A stretch of DNA of 24,000 bases from Bacilli bacterium (GTDB lineage: Bacteria > Bacillota_I > Bacilli_A > RFN20 > CAG-826): assembly GCA_044346305.1 (NCBI GenBank), contig JBIIZK010000001.1:15525-39524 (forward strand), read 5' to 3'. This document shows positions 1-8,386 of this stretch, one piece after another. The notes beneath the pieces were generated by a model that was given only the letters and a program-made list of their open reading frames with translations, was not told the origin of the DNA and did no database searches. Position 1 is the first letter of the stretch; each line of letters starts with the position of its first letter. The translations under genes were made by a program, and so were the position numbers.

Positions 1-1503
1 TGGGTTCAACGTGGATTGGATTTGGCTTGCTATCTTGTTAAAAACCGGATTGGTGATTTGTTTCAAGGAATACCCATAATCACCAAAACCAAAAGCGATG
101 ACATTTTTTTCATTAAACAAGTGGCTTGTTTGAACATAATTGCGATTCGTTATTTGCACAAAGAGACGATAGTTAAGGATTCGTTTTTCAATTAAGTAGG
201 CAAGGACTTGTTGCAACACACGTAAGTTCATCACATCATCATCAAAAGCAATAATCAAAACGTGGTAAGGGTCATTTTTTTTAAGAAATTTATCAAGATA
301 GTACACAAACGAGGCATCGTGAAACGTTGTGTTAATCTCTTCAGTTGCGACGGAAATTGGTGGTGCCGGTAGATAATCTTTTTTCGATGTAAACGGAGTG
401 ATAAATTTGGGAATAGCAACCAAGGATTGGGTAGGGTCGCGATAAATGTTATATTCGATGGTTGGTTTGTTAAAAATGGCAACCTCTTTTCCGAAGAACC
501 TGGATGCTCTAGGTGGAAATTGGTTGGTGACAAAAAGATGTCGGTAAATTTCTAAGTTCGTTGGCCCAAAACCAAGAAGATGGTATTGAATGGTCACATC
601 ATCCAAAGTCGCTTTTTCTGTATCAATAAATTGTTGTGGTAAAAACGATGTCAACGGGTATTCAAGAATTAATTGTTGGGCAATCAATTGGTGATAAGAG
701 AAGAAGCGAATGTTGTGTTTCTCTTGCCGAAAGGATTCGTAAACAGGCAAGTGTTGCCTATCCTCATAAAGAATAAATGCTTTTAATTGACTGCTTGGAT
801 TGTGTTGGTAGTGCCGATTCAGTTTTTCAACCAACGTCATCACATCACGATGTTTGGTTAACAAACTCACAAAAATAACTTCTTGTTTACCATGACCAAT
901 CAAATGATTGATGGATTGATTCTCCACATCGAAGGTTATAACCCCTGGATGAAAACGATATTTTGTATTCAATTCTTTGTTAGCAAGAAATGTTTTTGGA
1001 ACGGCAATGTTCATTCCACGTCGAAACCTAAAGGCGTTTGAATTTTGGTTATCTTTGTCATATGCCTTTAATAAATAAGTTAATTTTTCATCATCACCAA
1101 GGATGAGAAAATGTGGTTTTCTCGATTGAAAATAAAACCTCATCCTTAAACCAAGATTTTTAAAGAAAATAGCAAAAATGAGAATATACGTGTAACCAAA
1201 GCCAATCACGTGAATGGCATAAGCAGACATTAAAAACAAAACATCGTTGTTGATTCGATCGCTAATGTCGGTGGTTCGAAAGATTCCCCTGAGAATGGCT
1301 GTGGTGTTACCAAATGCTTTTAAAATGAGATCAACAGAATTTAGAGTTTCTCCGTTAAACGACAAACCATAACTATAAATCGCTACACCCATGACCACAA
1401 TTCCAACAAAGAAATGGAATTTGTATTTGGCTAAATCCAAAAAAATCATCGCGGCGATAAGTGATAACGTTCCGATAAACAATAAGATAGAGATGATATC
1501 CAT
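1..1503 (-). CDS. Partial CDS (N-terminal 501 codons; the 3' end lies beyond the window start). Uncharacterised membrane-anchored protein with about 3 N-terminal TM helices followed by repeated Rossmann-like beta-alpha segments
   Basis: Absent from the supplied track, which omits ORFs open at the window edge. I hand-translated the reverse strand from the ATG at 1503..1501 (MDIISILLFIGTLSLIAAMIFLDLAKYKFHFFVGIVVMGVAIYSYGL...). It stays open with no stop down to base 1. Hydrophobic stretches sit at about res 3-21, 29-47 and 89-115. After them come HFLILGDDEKLTYLLKAY, YHLLGFGPTNLEIYRHL, HVLIIAFDDDVMNLRVL and VIAFGFGDYG. The start overlaps the stop of the upstream gene (TAATG). I do not recognise the product family. 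Confidence 0.6.
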   Translation of the reverse strand, partial: MDIISILLFIGTLSLIAAMIFLDLAKYKFHFFVGIVVMGVAIYSYGLSFNGETLNSVDLILKAFGNTTAILRGIFRTTDISDRINNDVLFLMSAYAIHVIGFGYTYILIFAIFFKNLGLRMRFYFQSRKPHFLILGDDEKLTYLLKAYDKDNQNSNAFRFRRGMNIAVPKTFLANKELNTKYRFHPGVITFDVENQSINHLIGHGKQEVIFVSLLTKHRDVMTLVEKLNRHYQHNPSSQLKAFILYEDRQHLPVYESFRQEKHNIRFFSYHQLIAQQLILEYPLTSFLPQQFIDTEKATLDDVTIQYHLLGFGPTNLEIYRHLFVTNQFPPRASRFFGKEVAIFNKPTIEYNIYRDPTQSLVAIPKFITPFTSKKDYLPAPPISVATEEINTTFHDASFVYYLDKFLKKNDPYHVLIIAFDDDVMNLRVLQQVLAYLIEKRILNYRLFVQITNRNYVQTSHLFNEKNVIAFGFGDYGYSLKQITNPVFNKIASQIQSTLNP

Positions 1504-2810
1504 TAGGTGAATAACCCAGCGATTTGAATACCTAGATACGCCAATAGGGAAATCACCAAGATGACCAACACAAGTTTCCAGTGACGAATAATCCAACCAA
1601 CTAATTTAATGATGAAGCCACTTGCTCCGAATAAAAACTTGATGGGTGTTACGAGTATCTTCCCGACAGTTCTTAAAAAACTTACTAGCCGATTTCTCAG
1701 TCTCGGTAAACGACTCTTCTTATCCGTTTCATAAACCAAACTTTGAACCGGTACAGAGTAACGATGACCGCGTTCTTGATAAGTGATATGGTAAACCTTA
1801 ATTTGGGACAAGGTTGTTTCTTCAAAATCAAAGTCAGTCAAAGATCCTCGTTTGAACATCACTTGGCTATGGCGATAACCTTGTTTTGGACCGATAACAA
1901 CGACATAGGTGTAGTTTGCAGCTTGTTTTTGTTTTAACTTAACTTGATCACTTAATCGATAAATCGATGTATAACGATAGTGCTTATAAGAAAAGAAGTT
2001 TTGAAGAATATTCCAATCAGATTTTTCACCTGATTCGATTTTTCGTGGCTCTTTTGCAATGGTTTCTTTTTTAGCTAGGGGGAATTTTTCTCCATCCACA
2101 AGAGGTTCGACATCTTCGATGTTTGCTATTTTTTTTGCTTGGTAGACATAACGACTTTCTTGATAAGAGACTTTCATTTCAATGATATCGTCAGGAACAA
2201 AAAACTTCTTTTGTTGATGGTCAAATAAATTAAAAGCAACGTAGTATAACTTAACCGCTTTAGCCTTTAATGATGAGACATCGCGATACGTAAAAGAACG
2301 ACCAACTAAATCTTGGAATTTTTGTTGGATGGTTGTCATATCGATCACATCGTAAAGCAGTTCGCCTTCAAGTTGGGTTTGATGATATTTTTTTGAGTCA
2401 TACATATAATGACCGTTGAGAAGGCCAAAAATGTGTTCTTCGTTGACTGTAGAAGTGGTTTTCTTTAAGACGTCATCAATAAATACATATTCCGTGACAG
2501 TCAATTTGCCAGGTTTAAATGGGGTTGGAATAACGTACTTGTGAACAAAACCATCCTCGTCCTGAATTTGAACCCCATAACGATTGTGATTAATCACCAC
2601 TTCTGATAAATATTGGCCGGCAACAGGAACATAAAAGAAGATGACGAGTTCTTTTTTGTTTTCAAACAAACCTAAAATTGTTGCATGGAACAAACTAGCT
2701 TGGGCTTGTCTATATTTTTTTAAATCAAGTTGAATTAAACGAGCATCCTCTATTAAAGGGGAAAATCGGTCTAATTTAAATTTAAGAAGGAGAACGGTTT
2801 CATCTTTCAT
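1503..2810 (-). CDS. Uncharacterised protein (about 435 aa) with a large soluble N-terminal region and a C-terminal hydrophobic membrane anchor
   Basis: Track ORF 1503..2843 begins at a TTG. I prefer the ATG at 2810 (MKDETVLLLKF...) because the TTG codon itself looks like the -35 hexamer of a promoter (next feature). The C-terminus GKILVTPIKFLFGASGFIIKLVGWIIRHWKLVLVILVISLLAYLGIQIAGLFT forms 1-2 TM segments. I recognised no family motif. The stop overlaps the downstream start by 1 nt. Confidence 0.6.
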   Translation of the reverse strand: MKDETVLLLKFKLDRFSPLIEDARLIQLDLKKYRQAQASLFHATILGLFENKKELVIFFYVPVAGQYLSEVVINHNRYGVQIQDEDGFVHKYVIPTPFKPGKLTVTEYVFIDDVLKKTTSTVNEEHIFGLLNGHYMYDSKKYHQTQLEGELLYDVIDMTTIQQKFQDLVGRSFTYRDVSSLKAKAVKLYYVAFNLFDHQQKKFFVPDDIIEMKVSYQESRYVYQAKKIANIEDVEPLVDGEKFPLAKKETIAKEPRKIESGEKSDWNILQNFFSYKHYRYTSIYRLSDQVKLKQKQAANYTYVVVIGPKQGYRHSQVMFKRGSLTDFDFEETTLSQIKVYHITYQERGHRYSVPVQSLVYETDKKSRLPRLRNRLVSFLRTVGKILVTPIKFLFGASGFIIKLVGWIIRHWKLVLVILVISLLAYLGIQIAGLFT

Positions 2811-2816
2811 GCTTTT

Positions 2817-2843
2817 ATTATACTTGATTTTTCTTTGGTGCAA
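2817..2843 (-). promoter_or_regulatory. Candidate sigma70-type promoter giving a leaderless or near-leaderless transcript for the 435-aa gene
   Basis: The minus strand reads TTGCAC-15 nt-TATAAT-aaaagc-ATG. The -10 lies at + coordinates 2817..2822, the -35 at 2838..2843 and the ATG at 2810..2808. There is no Shine-Dalgarno between the -10 and the ATG. The 15-nt spacer is shorter than optimal. Confidence 0.35.
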
Positions 2844-2922
2844 GGAGTGGTTTTTGAGATCCTATTTGTCATTCATTCGTAAGATTAATCAATATATCGT
2901 TATAATTAACTTGAGGTTGGAT

Positions 2923-3654
2923 ATGAAATTACAACACCAAACTAAAAATTTTATTGATGTTAAATGGCGCGACAATCAACCGAGACCGCTCTTGCTTATC
3001 CTTCCTGGTGGCGGTTATGAATATACATCCTGGCGCGAAGCAGAACCGGTTGTTAAAGCTTTTGATAGTGAGCTATATCATGCGGCTATTTTTTATTACC
3101 GGGAAGAAAAATTACTCCACCCCCACACTCATCAAGAAGCGAAAGCATTCTTAGATATGCTTCGAGTTGATCCACGTGTCAGTAAAATCTATCTGATTGG
3201 ATTTTCTGCAGGTGGCCACTTTGCTGCTACGCTTATGACCACCTACCCTACCTTCATCAACGCTGGGATTCTTGCCTACGCGCCAATCACTTCAGATATT
3301 AAATATCGACATCTTGGGTCTTTACTGAATTTATTAGGACCAAACATCACCAAAGAGATGGCTCAAGAAGTTTCCTTAGATTTACACGTGAGCAAAAAGA
3401 CACCACCTTGTTTTATCTTTCACACGCAAGATGATGCGATTGTTCATGTAGAAAACGCATTAATGTTTGCAGATGCGTTACGAAAACATCATGTTCCCTT
3501 TGCACTACATATTTATCCAGAAGGGTTACATGGATTTTCTGTTGGAACGGATGAGGTTGCGTATAGTGAATATTCACTCGACGAATTTCATCATCGCTTT
3601 ACCTACATGAAAGAATGGGTTGAACTAGCAAAACGGTTCATTAGGCAATACTAA
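2923..3654 (+). CDS. Alpha/beta-hydrolase fold esterase/lipase-like protein
   Basis: Track ORF 2809..3654, trimmed to the ATG at 2923, which is preceded by GAGG at 2914..2917. The upstream extension overlaps the divergent gene and promoter. Motifs seen: LPGGGY (oxyanion-hole region), GFSAGGH (GxSxG nucleophile elbow), HTQDDAIV (acid) and GLHGF (His). Confidence 0.8.
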   Translation: MKLQHQTKNFIDVKWRDNQPRPLLLILPGGGYEYTSWREAEPVVKAFDSELYHAAIFYYREEKLLHPHTHQEAKAFLDMLRVDPRVSKIYLIGFSAGGHFAATLMTTYPTFINAGILAYAPITSDIKYRHLGSLLNLLGPNITKEMAQEVSLDLHVSKKTPPCFIFHTQDDAIVHVENALMFADALRKHHVPFALHIYPEGLHGFSVGTDEVAYSEYSLDEFHHRFTYMKEWVELAKRFIRQY

Positions 3655-4118
3655 TGAAACTATCATTCACTCTATTTCCAAATCAACTTAATCCTAAAAG
3701 TATCTTTGTTAAGCTGAGTTTTGTTTTGATTTTTATTTTTACCCTTGTGGGTGTTGGTCGAAGTTTGTTGCATATCTTTCTATCTGATGGCGGGGCTCAA
3801 CTCATTGCTACGATACCTTTGGATTCATTTTCAGAAGAAGCCAAAGCAGTGGTTGTTAGCATGTTTGCGTTTTGGGGATTATCTCAATTACTGTCCAGTT
3901 TGGTTTATGTCTATATTTTGACAAAAAAGAAAGAATGGTTACCTTTTGCCTGGTTCCTATTATTGATTGAATATGCATCACGTTGGTTGATTGGTCAATT
4001 TAAACCATTTGAAACAGTTCAAACCGCACCAGGTGCATTTGGAAATTATCTCTTTGTGGTGTTAAGTTTAGGAATGTTAATTTGGTATATGGTCGATTAT
4101 AAAAAGCTAATCCTTTAA
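3654..4118 (+). CDS. Hypothetical polytopic membrane protein (154 aa, about 4 TM)
   Basis: Complete ORF. The start overlaps the hydrolase stop (TAATG), which suggests translational coupling. Four hydrophobic segments. No recognised motif. Confidence 0.5.
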   Translation: MKLSFTLFPNQLNPKSIFVKLSFVLIFIFTLVGVGRSLLHIFLSDGGAQLIATIPLDSFSEEAKAVVVSMFAFWGLSQLLSSLVYVYILTKKKEWLPFAWFLLLIEYASRWLIGQFKPFETVQTAPGAFGNYLFVVLSLGMLIWYMVDYKKLIL

Positions 4119-4514
4119 GGGTTTTCCATTTGCATCCACATTGATTTCACCAATTAAGATTTGAATTCCTTCGATCAACCCCCACACCCCAGCGATGATG
4201 GGTCCAATGATGACCAGTGACCCGACGGTACTTAATAACAACTGAAGAACACCACGGTTGGTATAACCTAAATAAAAATTATGGATACCAAGACTACCCC
4301 CAAAGATCGCAAGCAAACCAGCAACAAGTTTTGATTTAGGTTCAGATTGCGGGTTGAAGGATTGGGATTGATTTCGTTTCACATCTTTTTCATCTATGAC
4401 TTCTGGTTCAATGGGTTTGGCTTTTGTTTGAGAAGCTTTATTCATATCAGCACCACACCATCCACAAAATTTGGTTTGGTCTTGAGTTTCGCGCCCACAA
4501 TTTGGACATTTCAT
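4107..4514 (-). CDS. Zinc-ribbon plus TM2-domain membrane protein
   Basis: The N-terminal CPNCG...CGWCG is a zinc-ribbon. The C-terminal GLLAIFGGSLGIHNFYLGYTNRGVLQLLL matches the TM2-domain signature (GxxGxHxFYLG). GAGG lies 8 nt upstream of the ATG. The 3' end overlaps the convergent 3654..4118 gene by 12 nt. Confidence 0.8.
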   Translation of the reverse strand: MKCPNCGRETQDQTKFCGWCGADMNKASQTKAKPIEPEVIDEKDVKRNQSQSFNPQSEPKSKLVAGLLAIFGGSLGIHNFYLGYTNRGVLQLLLSTVGSLVIIGPIIAGVWGLIEGIQILIGEINVDANGKPLKD

Positions 4515-4535
4515 ACACGTTACCTCTAGAGAAAG

Positions 4536-4541
4536 TATAAT
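4536..4541 (+). promoter_or_regulatory. -10 box (TATAAT) positioned for a leaderless transcript of the EEP gene
   Basis: TATAAT at 4536..4541 is followed by 8 nt (atgaatgc) and then the ATG at 4550. The 35-nt divergent intergenic region has no SD-like purine run for this gene. Confidence 0.4.
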
Positions 4542-4549
4542 ATGAATGC

Positions 4550-5299
4550 ATGCAAATCAAAGTCATGACTTTTAATTTAAGAATCGATGTTCCGGTTGAT
4601 GGTGACAATCAATGGAGATTTAGAATTCCCTCCGTGAAAGCAATGATTGAAAAACACCAACCTGATATTCTCATGCTTCAAGAAACCACCCCAGCGATGT
4701 TAAAAGATTTAAAGCAACTTGAAACCGTTTATGGATATTACTACGTAGGTAGGAACGCAGACTCACAAGGAGAAGGTTGCCCGATTTATTATCGTAAACA
4801 AGATTGGCGTCTTAAACTTGCCGATACGATTTGGTTGAGTCAAACCCCGCGAACCCCTGGTTCGATGGATAACGAAGAAGGATTTCCTCGAATTGCGTCG
4901 ATGACGGTTTTACAACACACGAGTGGCCTTAGGTTCCGGTTTGTGAACACGCATTTAGCCTACCGATCCAAACGAGCGAAAGACCTCAATCAAAAAGTTC
5001 TCTTTGATTTTATTCAAAATTTTCCTGAAAGAATCCCAACCATCTTAGGTGGAGATTTTAATGAAGAAATTTCTGTGATCAATAAATACCGAACTCGTGA
5101 CTTTGCATTCGCGTTGAGTTCTGAACACGGACAAACCATCCACGATTTTAAAGGTGGACAAGGAACCGCCCAAATTGATCATTTGCTTTACCAACCATCG
5201 TTTCGCCTAACTGACGTTCAGGTAGATCGTCAATTGAGTTTAGGCCGTTTGCCATCAGATCATTACCCAGTGATAGGAGTATTTCAATATGAATCCTGA
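4550..5299 (+). CDS. Endonuclease/exonuclease/phosphatase (EEP) family protein
   Basis: The N-terminal VMTFNLR and ILMLQE, an internal NTHL, GGDFN and the C-terminal SDHYPV are the conserved EEP catalytic blocks. Confidence 0.85.
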   Translation: MQIKVMTFNLRIDVPVDGDNQWRFRIPSVKAMIEKHQPDILMLQETTPAMLKDLKQLETVYGYYYVGRNADSQGEGCPIYYRKQDWRLKLADTIWLSQTPRTPGSMDNEEGFPRIASMTVLQHTSGLRFRFVNTHLAYRSKRAKDLNQKVLFDFIQNFPERIPTILGGDFNEEISVINKYRTRDFAFALSSEHGQTIHDFKGGQGTAQIDHLLYQPSFRLTDVQVDRQLSLGRLPSDHYPVIGVFQYES

Positions 5300-6638
5300 T
5301 CGACACATCAAAGGCATTTGCACGGACTATACGCACGATGGTAAAGGTGTCATCAAACACGAAGGCCTGCCTATTTTTATTCCTTATTTATTGATTGGAG
5401 AAGAAGCAGAAATCGTCATCACCAATCACCGCGGCAAATATGCAGAAGGTCGGGTCACCAAACGCATCACCACCTCACCGCAACGGGTGACGCCACCTTG
5501 CCAATATTATGAAATCTGTGGTGGTTGCCAATTGCAACACTTGTCCTACCAAGAACAATTAAGAATGAAGAAAATGCGTGTCGCTGAAGTGTTAAGACGG
5601 ATTGGAGATTATAACGGGAAAGTCGATGATATTGTTCCTAGCCAACAACCTTTGCATTATCGAAATAAAGTTCAATTTCCATTTGGAAAAGATGAACGTG
5701 GCAATTTAATCGCGGGTCTTTATCAACAAGGTAGTCACCGCATCATTGATATTGATGAATGCTTGATTGAAAACGCAGAAGCGGATCACATTGTTCGTTT
5801 GATTAAGAAACTTTGTGTTGAACACAACATTGAGCCATACGAACAAAAATATCGTAAAGGGTTTATGCGAACCGTCATGGTCCGTAAAGGCATCGTCACC
5901 AATCAGCTAATGGTGGTCCTGGTCACAGGCAAAATTAATTTTCCTGAAAAACAAATATTTGTCGACGCCTTGGTTAAAGGTTTTCCAAACATTCGCACGA
6001 TTGTTCAAAACGTCAACCCAGAGTTTACGGATGTCGTTTTAGGTTATCGAGAACACATTCTTTTTGGGGATGGGTATATTGAGGATGAACTATCAGGATT
6101 AAAATTTAAAATTGCTGCAAAGTCATTCTTTCAAGTCAACCCTTATCAAACGGAAAAGTTATATGCAAAGGCGTTAGAAATTGCCAAACTTACCAAAGAA
6201 GATGTTGTTTTAGACGCTTATTCTGGTGTGGGTACGATAACCTTACTCGCGGCCAAGCAAGCCAAACATGTCACCGGGGTAGAGATTGTTCGTGATGCAG
6301 TATTAAACGCGATTGAAAATGCAAAGTTAAATGAGATTCGTAATGTTTCTTTTATTGAAGCCGATGCGGCACCATATTTAGTGGAACGCGCTGCCAAAGG
6401 AAAAAATTACGATGTGCTTTTTGTGGATCCTCCACGCAATGGATGCGAAGAACCTTTTCTTAAATCCATTAAAATCATCAAACCAAAAAGAATGGTTTAT
6501 ATTTCTTGTGAACCATCTTCATTAGCAAGAGATTTGAAGTATTTATCCGATACGTATGAAGTCAAATATGTTCAACCTGTGGATATGTTCTCACAAACCT
6601 ACCACGTAGAGACAGTGGCATTGCTTTCGTTAAAATAA
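5289..6638 (+). CDS. rlmCD: 23S rRNA (uracil-C5)-methyltransferase, RumA/RlmCD family (TRAM domain + [4Fe-4S] + SAM MTase)
   Basis: N-terminal TRAM-like region. Cys cluster C..CQYYEICGGCQLQH. SAM motif DAYSGVGT, then FVDPPRNG, the catalytic YISCEPSSLARD, and the family-typical C-terminus VDMFSQTYHVETVALLSLK. AGGAG lies 9 nt upstream of the ATG. The gene overlaps the EEP gene by 11 nt. Confidence 0.9.
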   Translation: MNPDRHIKGICTDYTHDGKGVIKHEGLPIFIPYLLIGEEAEIVITNHRGKYAEGRVTKRITTSPQRVTPPCQYYEICGGCQLQHLSYQEQLRMKKMRVAEVLRRIGDYNGKVDDIVPSQQPLHYRNKVQFPFGKDERGNLIAGLYQQGSHRIIDIDECLIENAEADHIVRLIKKLCVEHNIEPYEQKYRKGFMRTVMVRKGIVTNQLMVVLVTGKINFPEKQIFVDALVKGFPNIRTIVQNVNPEFTDVVLGYREHILFGDGYIEDELSGLKFKIAAKSFFQVNPYQTEKLYAKALEIAKLTKEDVVLDAYSGVGTITLLAAKQAKHVTGVEIVRDAVLNAIENAKLNEIRNVSFIEADAAPYLVERAAKGKNYDVLFVDPPRNGCEEPFLKSIKIIKPKRMVYISCEPSSLARDLKYLSDTYEVKYVQPVDMFSQTYHVETVALLSLK

Positions 6639-6662
6639 TTCAATTCTCCAAATATTTTGTAA

Positions 6663-6702
6663 AATTCCATTTAAAAAATGCAATTCCATGTATCATGGAA
6701 TT
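6663..6702. promoter_or_regulatory. Perfect 9-3-9 inverted repeat AATTCCATG-tat-CATGGAATT (6682..6702) plus a third upstream half-site AATTCCAT (6663..6670). Candidate operator or weak terminator
   Basis: Read directly from the sequence. The stem is AT-rich and no U-tract follows it on the + strand, so it makes a poor intrinsic terminator for rlmCD. Three copies of one half-site fit protein binding better. Confidence 0.35.
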
Positions 6703-6757
6703 AATACTTCCACAAACCATATTTAACGCTTTGATAGATAAGGTCTCATAATTTTAG

Positions 6758-6785
6758 TTATCAAGCGGAACTATCAAATGATAAT
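6758..6785 (+). promoter_or_regulatory. Candidate promoter of the XRE-regulator gene
   Basis: TTATCA (6758..6763), a 16-nt spacer, then GATAAT (6780..6785). It is embedded among three TTGATA(G/A) motifs: 6731..6737 forward, with reverse copies near 6757..6765 and 6771..6778. Confidence 0.3.
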
Positions 6786-6797
6786 CGAGCTAGATTT

Positions 6798-7394
6798 ATG
6801 AAAGGAATGGCCTACATGAACACACCATTACAAACGGGAGAACTCATCAGACAAAGACGAAAAGAATTAGGTTTAAGTCAAGGTCAATTGGCAGACCTAC
6901 TAAAGATTCAAAACACAACAATATCCCGATGGGAGACGGGTGAAGGTTACCCGGACATTTCAATTTTGGTTGAATTAACGAAAGTTCTTAAAGTAACGAT
7001 AACTGAGTTACTTGATTCAGAGGATCCGCTCATCACTTCCATACAGGCAATAAAAAAAGACTCTCGACCTTGGGTTAAATATTTATTGTTTGGCATCAAA
7101 ATAATTCTTGTTACGATTCCAATCAGCGTTCATGGATTGTTATACACATTGTCATTACAACAAACGATCGTTAGTTTGGGAACGAATTCTTGGATACCCT
7201 TTGCATTAAAAGCTGGATTTCTTTTTGTGACAACCATAGTCGTTTTATTTAATCGAATCTTTGATCATTGGTTAAAAAAGTTTGTTAATCGTTATGTGAA
7301 GAAATCGGAATCGGGTGAACTCATCCCGAAATATGGATTTTCTTTCTTCATCAAAATGGTAATGATCATGACAGCGTTTGTCATGGTCATCTAA
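6798..7394 (+). CDS. Membrane-tethered XRE-family helix-turn-helix transcriptional regulator
   Basis: The N-terminal LIRQRRKELGLSQGQLADLLKIQNTTISRWETGEGYPDISILVELTKVLKVTITELL is a classic XRE/Cro-C1 HTH. The C-terminal half has about 3 TM segments. The true start may be the ATG at 6816, which has AAAGGA 9 nt upstream. Confidence 0.8.
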   Translation: MKGMAYMNTPLQTGELIRQRRKELGLSQGQLADLLKIQNTTISRWETGEGYPDISILVELTKVLKVTITELLDSEDPLITSIQAIKKDSRPWVKYLLFGIKIILVTIPISVHGLLYTLSLQQTIVSLGTNSWIPFALKAGFLFVTTIVVLFNRIFDHWLKKFVNRYVKKSESGELIPKYGFSFFIKMVMIMTAFVMVI

Positions 7395-7407
7395 GGAGAA
7401 CCATCCC

Positions 7408-8328
7408 ATGGGACCAATCGGACTTGCTAGTTACCTCTATATTTTTGCCTTTTTCTTTTATCTTTGGATTAGCCATCGATTAACTAAGAAACACATTAAA
7501 CCAATAATTGCTTTTTATCCAGCTTTCATTACTCTTGGTATAACTTTAATCAGTGTATTTTTGATCTGGATAATAAGCATTATTTTCAATAACTCGGGAT
7601 TACTTTATCTTCTAGTTTTTATTCTCTATGTTGGTTTGATTCTTACGGCTGAATCTCTCATTGTCACGTTATTGATGATGTTTGTATTGAGAAGAATCAT
7701 TCATGCCTTTTTTATATTTTTAATCATCGTAATTCCGTTAACATCTTGCGGTCCACCAGAAGGTGGCTATGCGGATTCTTTTGTAGGGGTAGTTAAGTTA
7801 AACGAAGGGGAACCAACTAGTGTTTTAATTCCTAATATTGGTTTAGTCGAATTACCCGAATCCGATAGCACACATTTCCTAAATCAATTTGGGGAAGATT
7901 ATGACTATGAAGTACAGCAGGGTGATTTAGTCAATATCCTCATGAGTAAACGTAAGGATAGAGATTACTTTGAATTCGGGGAAGGGATACGCTTTAAGGA
8001 CACAGCTAGAAGCATTTCTGTTTATTACGAACGATCTCAAGGGGTAGGTTTTGAAGTATCTGATGACCAACATTACCTTTTCGGTATTCACCGAAACGAA
8101 GAATTAGACAATCTCGAAGCTGAAGATTTTGTTTTTGTCTATAAAAAATTCTATGAACAAGGAAATATGTATGTACGATTAGTGACTGCTTATCGCGTTA
8201 AGGCAATCGATGATGATTTAGTTTGGCTCCAAATACCTCATTCAATGATCGAGCCAATTTTACAGGGATATTCAACCGAGCAGTATCTTTTTTACGACTC
8301 ACCATTAACGAACACCTTTCTAAACTAG
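7408..8328 (+). CDS. Hypothetical membrane protein: about 5 N-terminal hydrophobic segments and a C-terminal soluble domain of about 190 aa
   Basis: Track ORF 7378..8328, trimmed to the ATG at 7408, which has AAGGAG 9 nt upstream (7393..7398). It starts 14 nt after the XRE gene stop. The last hydrophobic segment ends in LTSC, which is lipobox-like. I did not recognise the C-terminal domain. Confidence 0.6.
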   Translation: MGPIGLASYLYIFAFFFYLWISHRLTKKHIKPIIAFYPAFITLGITLISVFLIWIISIIFNNSGLLYLLVFILYVGLILTAESLIVTLLMMFVLRRIIHAFFIFLIIVIPLTSCGPPEGGYADSFVGVVKLNEGEPTSVLIPNIGLVELPESDSTHFLNQFGEDYDYEVQQGDLVNILMSKRKDRDYFEFGEGIRFKDTARSISVYYERSQGVGFEVSDDQHYLFGIHRNEELDNLEAEDFVFVYKKFYEQGNMYVRLVTAYRVKAIDDDLVWLQIPHSMIEPILQGYSTEQYLFYDSPLTNTFLN

Positions 8329-8386
8329 ATTAATTTGATAATCTCCAACATGAATTTTTTACTCAAAGGACGTATCCGAGTAAAAG

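Noticed and set aside
255-533. Track ORF (92 aa, minus strand)
   Set aside because: It lies in a different frame, entirely inside the 501-codon open frame 1..1503. The composition is low-complexity and there is no SD. It is a shadow ORF.
1189-1215. GFGYT motif (res 101-105 of the left-edge membrane protein) as a possible K+-channel selectivity filter followed by RCK domains
   Set aside because: Only about 12 hydrophobic residues follow the motif before the charged linker, which is too short for an inner helix. No pore-helix pattern precedes it. It is more simply part of a third TM helix.
1743-1937. Track ORF (64 aa, plus strand)
   Set aside because: It is antisense within the 1503..2810 gene, with no motif and no start signals.
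2809-2922. N-terminal extension of the hydrolase ORF (38 extra codons)
   Set aside because: The extension overlaps the divergent gene's start and promoter. It translates to hydrophobic, non-homologous sequence. The ATG at 2923 has a GAGG SD, and the hydrolase homology begins there.
2954-3154. Track ORF (66 aa, plus strand)
   Set aside because: It is an alternate frame inside the well-supported hydrolase CDS.
4347-4529. Track ORF (60 aa, plus strand)
   Set aside because: It is antisense to the TM2-domain gene.
5148-5360. Track ORF (70 aa, minus strand)
   Set aside because: It is antisense across the EEP/rlmCD junction.
6682-6702. The 9-3-9 palindrome as the rlmCD intrinsic terminator
   Set aside because: The stem is AT-rich and no U-tract follows it on the + strand. 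It is kept only as a candidate operator or weak terminator.
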